DNA of 64,000 bases from a virus. Of this stretch, positions 19,718-29,427 are shown piece after piece. Position numbers and translations under genes: made by a program. The stretch is taken from the UHGV virus genome UHGV-1383976. The stretch is one strand, 5' to 3'. The notes beneath the pieces were generated by a model. It searched no databases and was not told the origin of the DNA. It was given only the letters and a program-made list of their open reading frames with translations. Each line of letters starts with the position of its first letter. Positions within the stretch are counted from its first letter, which is position 1.

Positions 19718-20714
19718 ATCGCTTATGCTTTAGCCTATATGTTTCCATATAGAATAGACTATCTTTTGCTATAAAAATATAGTGTGTCTCTTTCGATTTT
19801 CAAAGGTTTCATTTCTTAACACCTTGCTACGTATCAATAGTAGCTCTACTCCCCAGCATTTCAACCTAAGGGATAGTCGTTACAGGCTTATTTTACGTGC
19901 TTCCATGTTATATTATCGCAGACTCGTGAAATAGTAATATAAGAAACAAAAGAATATTGTTGACTAATTTGAGTTTTTGTTTTTCCTTGAGAATAAAGAT
20001 TTCGAATATTACGGACGTCCTGCTCCGTCAGTTTGGCTTTGACATTATTTTCTCCTCTATTTGCGATTGATGAATACTCTTGACGAGTTTTCTTTTCTGC
20101 AAATAATTCTTGTCCAATTTCAGGGTATGTTGTTCCCAACCAAACTTTTTCAAATACAGAGAACTTTCTGTCAGAAAAGTCTCTATATACTTCGCATTTT
20201 CTTTCCCCGTTTTTCTTCCTTTTTCTAATCCATAAAATTTCTTCATCAGAAAAAGAACGTCTAGTTTTTCTTTTTTCTTGCCCGCCTTCGGTTAAATTAT
20301 ATCCAAAATCTTTTTCATTCGCTCGGAAATATTTTATCCAGTATTTTTCTTTTTCATCTAATTCTTCGGGCAAACATTCTTCAAGGATAACAATTCTTTC
20401 TACTCGACCAAAATATTTTTTTATAGCTAAATCACAAGCCTGTTTATTTGAGCTGGGAGTATTATGCTCCCACATCCGTCTTTTTATATTAATACTTTGT
20501 CCAATATAACATTTATTATTTGGAAAATCAATCTTGTAAATACCACAAATATTTTGCTCTAAATCAGAAATTATAACTTGTTTCATAGTCCTCCTTTTTG
20601 GAGGCACGTAAAAAATTCCCACGGGATTACCATGCTTTTCAGTTTAGGTTTCCCCGTTAGCATATATTTCTATATACCCTTACTGATAAGTAAGAAAAGA
20701 CACATTCGCACCAT
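19718..20714 (-). mobile_element. Candidate group I intron (or HEG insertion) splitting the RecJ-like gene. Carries a GIY-YIG endonuclease gene.
   Basis: About 1 kb between the two RecJ halves. Contains 92 nt non-coding 5' of the HEG and 170 nt 3' of it. The 3' part has an R-like element (AACGACTATCCC, + coords 19871-19882) and an S-like element (AAGATAGTCT, + 19753-19768) that can pair as P7. Confidence 0.5.
19888..20622 (-). CDS. GIY-YIG homing endonuclease
   Basis: N-terminal CGIYKIDFPNNKCYIGQSINIKRRMWEHN is a GIY-YIG motif. Has a C-terminal DNA-binding-like region and a strong RBS (AAAGGAGG). Confidence 0.75.
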   Translation of the reverse strand: MGIFYVPPKRRTMKQVIISDLEQNICGIYKIDFPNNKCYIGQSINIKRRMWEHNTPSSNKQACDLAIKKYFGRVERIVILEECLPEELDEKEKYWIKYFRANEKDFGYNLTEGGQEKRKTRRSFSDEEILWIRKRKKNGERKCEVYRDFSDRKFSVFEKVWLGTTYPEIGQELFAEKKTRQEYSSIANRGENNVKAKLTEQDVRNIRNLYSQGKTKTQISQQYSFVSYITISRVCDNITWKHVK

Positions 20715-21344
20715 TCAGTCGATGCCTAATGCAGCTAAATCTGTATAATTCCAAGCCCAATCGTGTCCAAATGCATCATCAAGTGCTCTACAAAACTGCC
20801 ATACAACACCAGCACCACATAGGTCTTTATTCTTGTAGGCGAAGCTTGTCTGATTATTTATAAGAATCATATTGGACGGGATTTCACTTATAGGTTCTAA
20901 TTCGTGATGGTCAAGAACCAATACGGGGCAATCTAATTGTTTAATATACTCGCCATCATTAGTCCCGGCATCTGGAATTAGAACACCGCTCCAACTATGT
21001 TCAAGTAATTGTTCCATCACATCACTACAACCGTGCTGCTTACCACTATGTATTATCTGTATAATATGTTTTACAGGATTGAGTCGCTTTATATATTGAT
21101 AAATAATGCCACTTGATGTCAAGCCATCAGCGTCGCAATCACAAATAATAGCCAGTGGTTTTTCATCATCAATGTTTTGCTTGATAAATTCAATACCCTT
21201 ATCCACATTGTCAAGTGCCCGCCAGCTTTGCAGGCAGGTTTCGTCAGGATTCAAGAACAGCTCAACATTTTCAATCCCTCTAAGCCGTAAAATTTGTTCT
21301 CCATAATTATCATATATTCCATCATTTGTCAATTTATATTTCAC
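20715..21344 (-). CDS. RecJ-like ssDNA exonuclease, N-terminal DHH domain part
   Basis: AIICDCDADGLTS (motifs I/II), LVLDHHE (DHH motif) and a C-terminus ...DLAALGID (motif IV region). GTG start. Confidence 0.65.
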   Translation of the reverse strand: MKYKLTNDGIYDNYGEQILRLRGIENVELFLNPDETCLQSWRALDNVDKGIEFIKQNIDDEKPLAIICDCDADGLTSSGIIYQYIKRLNPVKHIIQIIHSGKQHGCSDVMEQLLEHSWSGVLIPDAGTNDGEYIKQLDCPVLVLDHHELEPISEIPSNMILINNQTSFAYKNKDLCGAGVVWQFCRALDDAFGHDWAWNYTDLAALGID

Positions 21345-22387
21345 TGCACTTTTACCCTCCTACGTAGCAGTTCACGAAAAATCTTTTCGCCTTTATCAGT
21401 GGGACTATCCTTTGGCTCAGTAAGTCCATCTCTATCATAAATAAAAGAAAAATTAATAAGTTTACTATACTTTTTACACATTGTGTAGAGCTTGTTGAAA
21501 TATATATATTCGCCGGGTTTTTCTTCATTATCAAAACAAAGAACAACTTCATCTGGACGCCCAATCTTGATAATTTCACGCATTGTCCATTTATTCAAAT
21601 GAGAACCACATACTGCAACCGAGCAATTGTTCATATTGAAACTCTCTTGCTGAAGGACGGACTTTTCTCCTTCATATATATAGCAGATATGATCTTGTTT
21701 TATCTTTTGTTTATTCTGATAAAGTCCATATGGGTTAAGGGAAAGCGGATGGCTATACCAAATTCCTTCAACCTGAACTGGCATATATTTACCCACATTT
21801 TCAACTTCCCATGAATTGAGCGCACGTCCTCTTATTCCAACTAACTCTCCGTTTATATTATAATGAGGAATTATAATTTTGTTCTGGCTTATCGAATAAC
21901 GAATATCAAACTTATCCATTGCTTCTTTTGTAATTCCATCATTCAACCATTCGGGTGGATAAAACTTTGTAAATACGTCTAAGACACGTTTATCATAGAT
22001 CTTCAATTCTTTTGGTTTTTGTGGTTTATACTTGTCTTTCTCACTTACATATGGTTGAATCAAAAATGAACGTTCAGCCGCTGTGTAAGTAGAACAATTC
22101 AGCGCAGGAAGTAAAATATCATTATGCCAATCATACAAGATGTTTCTTGTGTCATAATAATGTTTTAAAAAACTAAAAATTGACATATTGCCGCACTCAC
22201 TATAACAAACAAATAAATGCGTGTCAAAATAATAGTATAATTTTGGACTTCCTTCGTATGCGTTATGACAAATTGTTGTGCAGACTAAACAATTATCTTT
22301 TCTCTGGACATCACCACCAAGTTGCCGGAGTAGATTTTCTACCCCATCTGGCGTTAGTCCTTTTACAATGCCTTCGTAATCAATCAA
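21341..22387 (-). CDS. DNA primase (DnaG-like, zinc-binding plus TOPRIM)
   Basis: An N-terminal Cys/His Zn-binding segment (CTTICHNAYEG...CYSECG) and TOPRIM-like IYEGEKS / VVLCFDNEEKPGE. Overlaps the helicase gene. Confidence 0.6.
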   Translation of the reverse strand: MIDYEGIVKGLTPDGVENLLRQLGGDVQRKDNCLVCTTICHNAYEGSPKLYYYFDTHLFVCYSECGNMSIFSFLKHYYDTRNILYDWHNDILLPALNCSTYTAAERSFLIQPYVSEKDKYKPQKPKELKIYDKRVLDVFTKFYPPEWLNDGITKEAMDKFDIRYSISQNKIIIPHYNINGELVGIRGRALNSWEVENVGKYMPVQVEGIWYSHPLSLNPYGLYQNKQKIKQDHICYIYEGEKSVLQQESFNMNNCSVAVCGSHLNKWTMREIIKIGRPDEVVLCFDNEEKPGEYIYFNKLYTMCKKYSKLINFSFIYDRDGLTEPKDSPTDKGEKIFRELLRRRVKVQ

Positions 22388-23939
22388 TCTTATTCAACCT
22401 TTCTATCAGTTCTTTTATTTCATTTGCTTCACTATCATCCCAATTATATACTTCAATTTCATTGACAACAAAGTCATCAAGTGGTTCCAACAAAGAGTTT
22501 GTAATAAACAAATCTTTCTTTTTCAAACGCCCCAAATCAACATATGACCAAATGCGCGTTTGCGTCCATCGCCCGCTTCTCAATTTATAAACATCGGCAA
22601 CCTGATTGGGCGTTCCATACATACTGATAAAATTATCCTTTAGAATTAGCAATTCATCATTTGTTGGGCGCGACATAATCAAACCATTATCTGCCTTATT
22701 GATAATTGCACGGCTACCCGCAAGAGAAGATTCATTTCTTATGTCTTTGTTATCATCGGCTTTTGCATTTACTTGCGTTGAAGTAAAAACCGCAACATTC
22801 AACTCAACTGCTAAATTTTTCAGTGCGGTTGTCATAAACAAAAGCAACTCATCATTTCTAAGTGCAGCTCCTTTGAACTCATTTACTAACGAAGGACTTA
22901 TGAAAATATAGTCGTAAAATACAACATCAACTTCATTTATAATACACTGGTCGCGCACAACTGCATTTATGAGTTCAATTGTTGGCTCTGGCATACGTAT
23001 AACAATAAAGCTTTTTTCATATTGCTTCATTATTTCAAGGGCTTGTTTGATGATGCGCTGTTCTGTCTTATCAAAATTTGCATAGCGAAATCTATCTTCA
23101 TTGATGTCAGTGAGGTAAGCTAGAACCATTTTTTGAATCTCTTTTTTCTGCTGCTCCGTTATAATAAATAGAACTTTTTGCGTATTACCGCACTGAATCC
23201 ATTTACCATTCTCTGTATTATAACGAATAGGATAAGCAAGATAACAAGCATCCATTACTGCAGTACGCGTCTTACCAAGGCCGCTACTCGCTGAACGAAC
23301 TGTCAAAGTTCCTTTTAACGCGCCATTCATTATCTCATTACAAATCGCGCCCTGTATTGGATAACCAATTTCTTCTGTGGAGCCAAAACTTTCAACCAAT
23401 TCCTCAATGCCATCCGCGAGACTTTCAATTTCAACTTCTTCGCCAGCCGCATATTCACTTTCCAAATGAACAAGTTGCTTTTTTAGACCTTTGATGATAT
23501 CTTGCGGCGTCAGTTCTTTGAATCTCTCATTTATCTCACTTGCACGTGGAGCCGTCAAATCTTTCTCATAGAATGACTTGACACTATATCCTTGCTTTTC
23601 AAGATCTGTCATTAAATTGAACTTTTTGAGTTGGTTATAATAAAAGCCGAAGTTTTCAACTTCTGCCAACTCAATCAAATCCTGAACTCTTTCAAGCCCA
23701 TTTGACTGTTCAAATAAAGACTTTGACATTGGATCTTGTCCAAAAACTCCTTCAATATCAATCGGCCTTATTTTAGGAGCGCCGCTCGTGTATAACATAT
23801 AAATGGCTTTGAAAACTCGTCTATCAAACTTATCCTCAAAGTCCAGCGGTGTCAATGAATATTTGTCTGTTTCGTTTAGGAGTTTAGGCTGAAGAATCAA
23901 ACCGCCAAGAACCTGATTTATAGAAGTGCGGTCAATCAA
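22380..23939 (-). CDS. Replicative DNA helicase (DnaB family)
   Basis: 519 aa. Walker A SASSGLGKT, Walker B-like VVFYDYI, and the N-terminal DnaB domain (SINQVLGGLILQP). Confidence 0.8.
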   Translation of the reverse strand: MIDRTSINQVLGGLILQPKLLNETDKYSLTPLDFEDKFDRRVFKAIYMLYTSGAPKIRPIDIEGVFGQDPMSKSLFEQSNGLERVQDLIELAEVENFGFYYNQLKKFNLMTDLEKQGYSVKSFYEKDLTAPRASEINERFKELTPQDIIKGLKKQLVHLESEYAAGEEVEIESLADGIEELVESFGSTEEIGYPIQGAICNEIMNGALKGTLTVRSASSGLGKTRTAVMDACYLAYPIRYNTENGKWIQCGNTQKVLFIITEQQKKEIQKMVLAYLTDINEDRFRYANFDKTEQRIIKQALEIMKQYEKSFIVIRMPEPTIELINAVVRDQCIINEVDVVFYDYIFISPSLVNEFKGAALRNDELLLFMTTALKNLAVELNVAVFTSTQVNAKADDNKDIRNESSLAGSRAIINKADNGLIMSRPTNDELLILKDNFISMYGTPNQVADVYKLRSGRWTQTRIWSYVDLGRLKKKDLFITNSLLEPLDDFVVNEIEVYNWDDSEANEIKELIERLNKID

Positions 23940-24511
23940 TCTTCATCATCCTCCATTGAATAAGTTTTACGATTATTTTTCTTTTTGAAAGTGGTTTGTC
24001 GCACAATCTGTTTCTGTGCTTCAGCTTGTTTTTTCGCTTGCTCTTCAATTCGTTTGATAATATCACTGTCACGCTGATTCTGCTGTTTCCAATATTCGCG
24101 TGAATCGTCATAAATATAATCTACAATTCCGATCGCGCCATTAGAACGTTCAACTGAGTTTTTCTTTATGTCGTAAAAATATACAAGTGCAAAATAAATA
24201 CCTTTCGGAGTACGTTTCTTTTTAAGATTTGATTGCCATTGTTTGTCAAATAATGGATAATTGACAGCTATCTTTAAATGATTCTTCAAGAAATAATATG
24301 TACTATCTTTCCATTCAGTCTCTGACGCTGTATCCGTTATTTTTTTTGTCTTTCTAAGCTCCATTGCTTTTGGATAACATTCGGTGTGATAAAACCACTT
24401 TGTTGGACTTTCAATCCACGTACCTTCTGGCACGACATTTCGGTCAAACTTTTTGTGGCAATGGCGGCACTCGACTTCTCTTTTTGGATATTTCAATTGT
24501 GTTTTTGCCAC
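23936..24511 (-). CDS. Hypothetical basic protein with N-terminal Zn ribbon
   Basis: 191 aa. CRHCHKKF...C near the N-terminus and a Lys/Gln-rich C-terminus. Own promoter upstream. Confidence 0.45.
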   Translation of the reverse strand: MAKTQLKYPKREVECRHCHKKFDRNVVPEGTWIESPTKWFYHTECYPKAMELRKTKKITDTASETEWKDSTYYFLKNHLKIAVNYPLFDKQWQSNLKKKRTPKGIYFALVYFYDIKKNSVERSNGAIGIVDYIYDDSREYWKQQNQRDSDIIKRIEEQAKKQAEAQKQIVRQTTFKKKNNRKTYSMEDDED

Positions 24512-24532
24512 TTTCTCACTCCTTTCATATAT

Positions 24533-24568
24533 AAATATTATATCACAATTTTTCTAAAAAGTCAAATT
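24533..24568 (-). promoter_or_regulatory. Consensus phage promoter
   Basis: Minus strand AATTTGACTTTTT-N-GATATAATATTTATA. The -35 is at + 24560-24565 and the -10 at + 24537-24542, with a 17-nt spacer. Confidence 0.55.
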
Positions 24569-24593
24569 AGAAAAGGGGCGACTACAATATAAA

Positions 24594-24622
24594 GTAGTCG
24601 CCCGTGAGCAGTTATACAATAT
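24594..24622 (-). terminator. Rho-independent terminator
   Basis: Hairpin gggcgactac...gtagtcgccc followed by a T-rich tract on the minus strand, downstream of the ATPase gene. Confidence 0.5.
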
Positions 24623-25609
24623 TTAGTTGCTCTTCTCTTTGAGAAGGTCTTCCATCTCAAGATTGACAAGATTGAGCAAATCGACTTGGTCTTCGGTAGC
24701 TTCGCTGAGCTTCATTGGATGACCGAAAATCATTTCGATCTTCTTAGAAATGCGACGAGCCATATCAGCATCAGCATTTTCACCTGTACCGACAAGCTTA
24801 ACCCAAAGGTCTTGTGCGTGATTACGAACAGTTATGTAATCAAGAGTCTCTTCATCCTTGATTACAACATTATCTACTGCTGAGCCACCACTTACTTCAA
24901 TTTCCTTATCTATTGCGCGGCCTACCGCATCCTCAAGATAAGAATATCCGAATGGAAGAACAGGGTCAAGGAAACGAAAACGACTACCCGCGGTGATAGT
25001 AGGTGTTGCTCTCGTAACGAGATATCTTTCACATTCACCCTTATCATTCCATTTCTTAGTAATAACTCCAATGACATCAACGAGACTATTCACAACCTTG
25101 AGACAACGAGGATTAAGGTCGGGCTTATAGCCAATAACCGCACCTTTGTCATCAAGTTCTTCCTTCAAGTGAGAAGTTAAAATCTCGCCATAACCAAGCA
25201 TTGTAATTTTACGAAGAGTCCGCTCAAATTCCTGAGACAAAGATTTATAGCCAGCGCCATAAGGAATATCACCAATCTTTTGAACGCCAGCCTGCGCGCA
25301 AATATATTGCTCACACAAATCCCAAGCAATTGCAACAGTGTCAAAGCAAATAACCTTAAACCGTTGCTTTATTTCAGGCTTTTCAAGCTGTCTTACAATA
25401 AGTTTGACATCACTCCATTTCTCTACTGGCTGAATCATTGCTCCCGGACGAGCGTTAGTGCCCATTTCAAAAGCAAGAATTAGAGAATCTTTTGCCGTTG
25501 TGCAAAATTCCGTTTTCCCAATCTTAGGTTCTCCAGAAAGCAGAATATATTTGCCAGACAGATTTCTTGGAATAACGCTCGGCTGTATTGCCATTAAATC
25601 AATAGCCAT
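24623..25609 (-). CDS. RecA-like / Sak4-like recombination ATPase
   Basis: 328 aa. Walker A LLSGEPKIGKTEF and Walker B-like KVICFDTV. Sits beside the putative SSB. Confidence 0.5.
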   Translation of the reverse strand: MAIDLMAIQPSVIPRNLSGKYILLSGEPKIGKTEFCTTAKDSLILAFEMGTNARPGAMIQPVEKWSDVKLIVRQLEKPEIKQRFKVICFDTVAIAWDLCEQYICAQAGVQKIGDIPYGAGYKSLSQEFERTLRKITMLGYGEILTSHLKEELDDKGAVIGYKPDLNPRCLKVVNSLVDVIGVITKKWNDKGECERYLVTRATPTITAGSRFRFLDPVLPFGYSYLEDAVGRAIDKEIEVSGGSAVDNVVIKDEETLDYITVRNHAQDLWVKLVGTGENADADMARRISKKIEMIFGHPMKLSEATEDQVDLLNLVNLEMEDLLKEKSN

Positions 25610-25623
25610 AGGTCAAGACCTCC

Positions 25624-26565
25624 TTAGAAACCAAGGTCAAGACCCATAGATGCAGTTGAAGAATTCTGAGCCGGTGCTTTACGCTGTGCAGCACGAGCAC
25701 GGCCATTGGCTTTCTGCTGCTCCTGACGCTCCTTTCTCTTACTGAGGCCCGCGCTTATCTCTTCAAGAGTCCAAGCTTTATCACCTTCAAGAGGGGTTGG
25801 GCAGCCGCCAGTGATGACAAGTTCACTCAGATTCAGAGTGCGAGTTTCTTCATGCGGTTCGCCAAAGCCCGGATTGACTATCTCAGTACGCACAGTTGAA
25901 GTAAAGTTCAAACGACCCTCAGCTGCAACGCAATCATTTTCCTGCCAATATTCACTTATTGCCGCGCGAACATTCTCGCTCTTGACAATAAATGGAATAA
26001 CATCAACAGTATCACCCCAGCCGGGAACAACACCCCGGATTATCATATTACCAGTCTCAATGCCTTCCTTATCAAGTTCAGGAGACATATTAGCCAGCAT
26101 CATCTCAATAGAGAAATCAGCCTTGGGCTTCATCTCATCCTTACGCACAACATTGACAAAAGATGCTTGAATCTGAGGATAAGAAACCATAGAAGAACCA
26201 TCCTGAGATGGATATTCATTCATAGAAATCTTGCCAGTCAGACGGACACGAGTTGCATCAGCCTCGCCAACCTGCGCAATACTATGCATTTCGTCCAGAA
26301 TACGCTGAACAGATGCATACGCAGGATTAGCATTACCATCACGCTTAGTTTTATTTGCAAACAGCTTTACAGGGATTTCAAGAAGTCCCTCTTTGCTATT
26401 GACTCTTATCTTTATAGAACCACCAAGATACTCAGTGGTGCGGCCGTCCTTTTCAAAAGAGCCATTCTTCAGGTCAGTTTCACTCAATATTCCTTCAATA
26501 TATACTTTATTAGTTGCTTCTCTCATTTCCTTACTCCTTATTTTTATTTTGACTCTTTTGAACAT
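25624..26565 (-). CDS. Putative single-stranded DNA-binding protein
   Basis: 313 aa, OB-fold-like composition. The basic, Gln-rich tail ends in an acidic/hydrophobic tip (MGLDLGF) reminiscent of SSB C-terminal tails. Position in the replication module supports the call. Weak. Confidence 0.3.
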   Translation of the reverse strand: MFKRVKIKIRSKEMREATNKVYIEGILSETDLKNGSFEKDGRTTEYLGGSIKIRVNSKEGLLEIPVKLFANKTKRDGNANPAYASVQRILDEMHSIAQVGEADATRVRLTGKISMNEYPSQDGSSMVSYPQIQASFVNVVRKDEMKPKADFSIEMMLANMSPELDKEGIETGNMIIRGVVPGWGDTVDVIPFIVKSENVRAAISEYWQENDCVAAEGRLNFTSTVRTEIVNPGFGEPHEETRTLNLSELVITGGCPTPLEGDKAWTLEEISAGLSKRKERQEQQKANGRARAAQRKAPAQNSSTASMGLDLGF

Positions 26566-26605
26566 AAGGAGCCTGACTATTCATCAGGCTCCGATATATT
26601 CAAAA

Positions 26606-26860
26606 TTACTCTTCGTCAGTGGACGGAACGAAAACCTTGCCTTCATCAGTCAGATTGACATAGGTGATGTCCTTGGCGTCCTCGCCTTCACCAGCAACCT
26701 TCTCACGAACAACAAGACCCTTCTTCTGAAGGTCAGTTACGTTTGCGCCAATAGAACGAGCAGCACGGCCAAGAGCGGAAACCAGCTCATCAATGGAAAT
26801 GTGACCACCATTGTCGCGAATGTAATCAAAAACCTGACTGGACTTTTCTGTGAGTTTCAT
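26606..26860 (-). CDS. Small putative DNA-binding protein (MKLTEK paralog 1)
   Basis: 84 aa, probable winged-helix. Paralog of the CDS at 48255..48515. Confidence 0.45.
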   Translation of the reverse strand: MKLTEKSSQVFDYIRDNGGHISIDELVSALGRAARSIGANVTDLQKKGLVVREKVAGEGEDAKDITYVNLTDEGKVFVPSTDEE

Positions 26861-26935
26861 AATGTGTTTTTCTCCTTGTTTTGTTTCATAAATTTTTTAT
26901 TTTATATAAATGGGAATTATTTCCCCATTCAACAA

Positions 26936-26971
26936 ATATATTATATCAAAAATTTCACTCAAAGTCAAATT
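26936..26971 (-). promoter_or_regulatory. Consensus phage promoter
   Basis: Minus strand TTGACT (+ 26963-26968) - N17 - TATAAT (+ 26940-26945). Confidence 0.55.
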
Positions 26972-27025
26972 TTCAATATTCAATTTTAGAAAAGAATAAT
27001 TTCTTTCTTTCCTTATCTTGTATAT

Positions 27026-27061
27026 ATATATTATATCGCAGATTTTGAAAAAAGTCAAATT
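27026..27061 (-). promoter_or_regulatory. Consensus phage promoter (tandem with the previous one)
   Basis: Minus strand TTGACT (+ 27053-27058) - N17 - TATAAT (+ 27030-27035). Confidence 0.5.
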
Positions 27062-29427
27062 TTGACCAGACCAATTACTTCATTTTTACCAGACAACTTC
27101 AATGTCTTGACTCCTTGCGCTGTTCGACTCTGAAGCGGCAAATCATTTACTTTGATGCGAAGGCGCGCACTTGTCGATATAACAACCAGTTCGCGCTCAT
27201 TCTGTAGAGCAACAAAATCAACAATTCCTTCTGGCATTGCTTTCACGCCCTTTGTATAGCGACCCTGAACAGGTAGCTCGTCAACAGACAACCGCTTTGC
27301 CAATCCTTCTTTTGACACAACGACAATTTCTTTTTCCGATGTAATAGCACGGGCACTTGATACTTCATCGCCGAGACTTAGCTTGATGCCATGAACACCT
27401 TTTGTAGCACGTCCAATGGCATTTATCGAGTCAGTCTCAATTATGAGGAACTGGCCCTTCTTTGTGGAAAGTGCAAGATTTTCCTCGTTTATTAGCAATA
27501 CATTGACTAATTCATCACCAGTAGTAAACTCAATTGCTTTTATACCGCCAGAACGATTAGTATTATATTCTTTGAGTTCAGTTTTTTTGACAAAACCTTG
27601 CTTCGTGATAAACATAGCATGGCGCGCACTTGTGGTTTTGTTGTAAGATGTAAGTGTAAGAACCTTGTCATCACCCGCAAAATCGAGATAGGTTTTCTTT
27701 TCATTTTCAAAAGATGACAAAGGCCGTACATACATCTGCCCTTTTTGTGTAAAAAACAAGAGCACATCGCCTGTCATACAGGAAGTTGAATATGTGATAT
27801 ATTCGCCATCTGCCAATTTCATTTTATTGCCAACCGTATTACGGCTTTGGGAATAAAGAGAAGAAATCTCATTGACATAAATCTCATTCTGATTTGTCAG
27901 ACTTACCTGATATTTTTTTACTTCAACAGGTTCATCGTTTTCATCTGCTGACAAATTCAAAATCTGTGTGCGACGGTCATCTCCAAATTTCTCGGCAACT
28001 TCACGCCATCCCTTTTTGATTTCTTCTTTGAACAGTTCCTCATTATTGAGAGTTTTTTCAATAGACTCCGCTTTAGAAATCAAATCAGCCCTTTCGTTTT
28101 CCAGCTTTTGAACTTCTAAGTGTGCTAAACGGCTTAACTTCATATCTAATACAGCTTTGGCTTGTGCTTCATCGAGTAAAAAATTCTGTCGCAATGCAAC
28201 AGAGGCAGCGCTAGCTGACGTGGAACTGCGAATTGTTTGAACAATCTCCTCAATATGTGCCATACAAATCAGCAGACCATCAATAATGTGAATACGAGAT
28301 TTGATTTTATTAAGGTCAAATTCAAAAGCACGACGATACACAACGCGCTCATGGTCGATATGAGACTGAAGCATCTCCTTCCAACCAAATACACGAGGAA
28401 AACGGCCATTATCTAGCATTGTGAAGTTGATGCCATAATGGTACTGAAGAAACGTATTTTTGAACAGATACTTTAGTACTTTATCAGGATTTGCTTTCTT
28501 TGTTAAGTAAATTTTAATTAGCGGAGTAGAACCGGTAAGGTCATTAAATCTTTCGATGCCGGGGTTATCCTCTCCGTTCACAATTTCCTCAAGTTGGCCG
28601 CAGATTGTATTGGTGTAAACCCCATATGGAATTTCAGTTATAGTAAAACATTTTTCCTTAGAGTCATACTTAGCCACACTGCGCAACTTACAAGCAAATC
28701 CCTGACCATTCTTCATAGATTTCTTTACATCATCTTCGTTATAAAGAATAGCGCCAGTAGCAAAATCGGGGGCGCAATAGATTTCATTAAAATCGCAATC
28801 TGGATTGTCAATAAGATAAATAAGCGCATTGTTCAATTCACGCAGGTTATATTGAGGAATAGAGCAGGCCATACCCGTTGCAATACCACTACTACCATTT
28901 ACGATGTTGTAATACCCCTTAGTAGGAAGTACAGATGGATACAGCTCATTATCAGCATAATTATCACGCCAATCATCAATAGTATCTTTATCAATGTCAG
29001 CAAATAAATATGCAGCGAGCTTAGAGAGCCTTGTCTCCGTATAACGAGGAGCCGCCCAGTTGCCAGATGATAACAAAGTTCCGCCATTGCCTTTTACTTC
29101 TACAAGTGGATATCTCATAGCAAAAGCCTGACCAGCACGCATTATAATACCTTCACAAGAACTGTCACCGTGAATATAAAAATGTTTCATAGCATCACCA
29201 ATCGCGGCCATTGTTTTTTGAAAGGGCTTGGTTGCCACATATTTATATTTATCCATACAGTAAAAAATTTGACGCGCAGATGGTTTAAGTCCATCGCGCA
29301 CATCGACCAATGCTCGCGATTGAATAACTGCAGCTGCGTATTGCGCGAAACTTTGCTTTATTATGTCGGTCATATTATTGCTGTTCACTAAATATTTCCT
29401 CCAATCTATCTTCAATAATTTCTTCAT
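27055..29427 (-). CDS. Type II DNA topoisomerase, A-like (GyrA/ParC/T4 gp52-like) subunit
   Basis: 790 aa. DVRDGLKPSARQIFYCM resembles the GyrA N-terminal motif around the catalytic-Tyr region. Confidence 0.85.
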   Translation of the reverse strand: MKKLLKIDWRKYLVNSNNMTDIIKQSFAQYAAAVIQSRALVDVRDGLKPSARQIFYCMDKYKYVATKPFQKTMAAIGDAMKHFYIHGDSSCEGIIMRAGQAFAMRYPLVEVKGNGGTLLSSGNWAAPRYTETRLSKLAAYLFADIDKDTIDDWRDNYADNELYPSVLPTKGYYNIVNGSSGIATGMACSIPQYNLRELNNALIYLIDNPDCDFNEIYCAPDFATGAILYNEDDVKKSMKNGQGFACKLRSVAKYDSKEKCFTITEIPYGVYTNTICGQLEEIVNGEDNPGIERFNDLTGSTPLIKIYLTKKANPDKVLKYLFKNTFLQYHYGINFTMLDNGRFPRVFGWKEMLQSHIDHERVVYRRAFEFDLNKIKSRIHIIDGLLICMAHIEEIVQTIRSSTSASAASVALRQNFLLDEAQAKAVLDMKLSRLAHLEVQKLENERADLISKAESIEKTLNNEELFKEEIKKGWREVAEKFGDDRRTQILNLSADENDEPVEVKKYQVSLTNQNEIYVNEISSLYSQSRNTVGNKMKLADGEYITYSTSCMTGDVLLFFTQKGQMYVRPLSSFENEKKTYLDFAGDDKVLTLTSYNKTTSARHAMFITKQGFVKKTELKEYNTNRSGGIKAIEFTTGDELVNVLLINEENLALSTKKGQFLIIETDSINAIGRATKGVHGIKLSLGDEVSSARAITSEKEIVVVSKEGLAKRLSVDELPVQGRYTKGVKAMPEGIVDFVALQNERELVVISTSARLRIKVNDLPLQSRTAQGVKTLKLSGKNEVIGLVKI

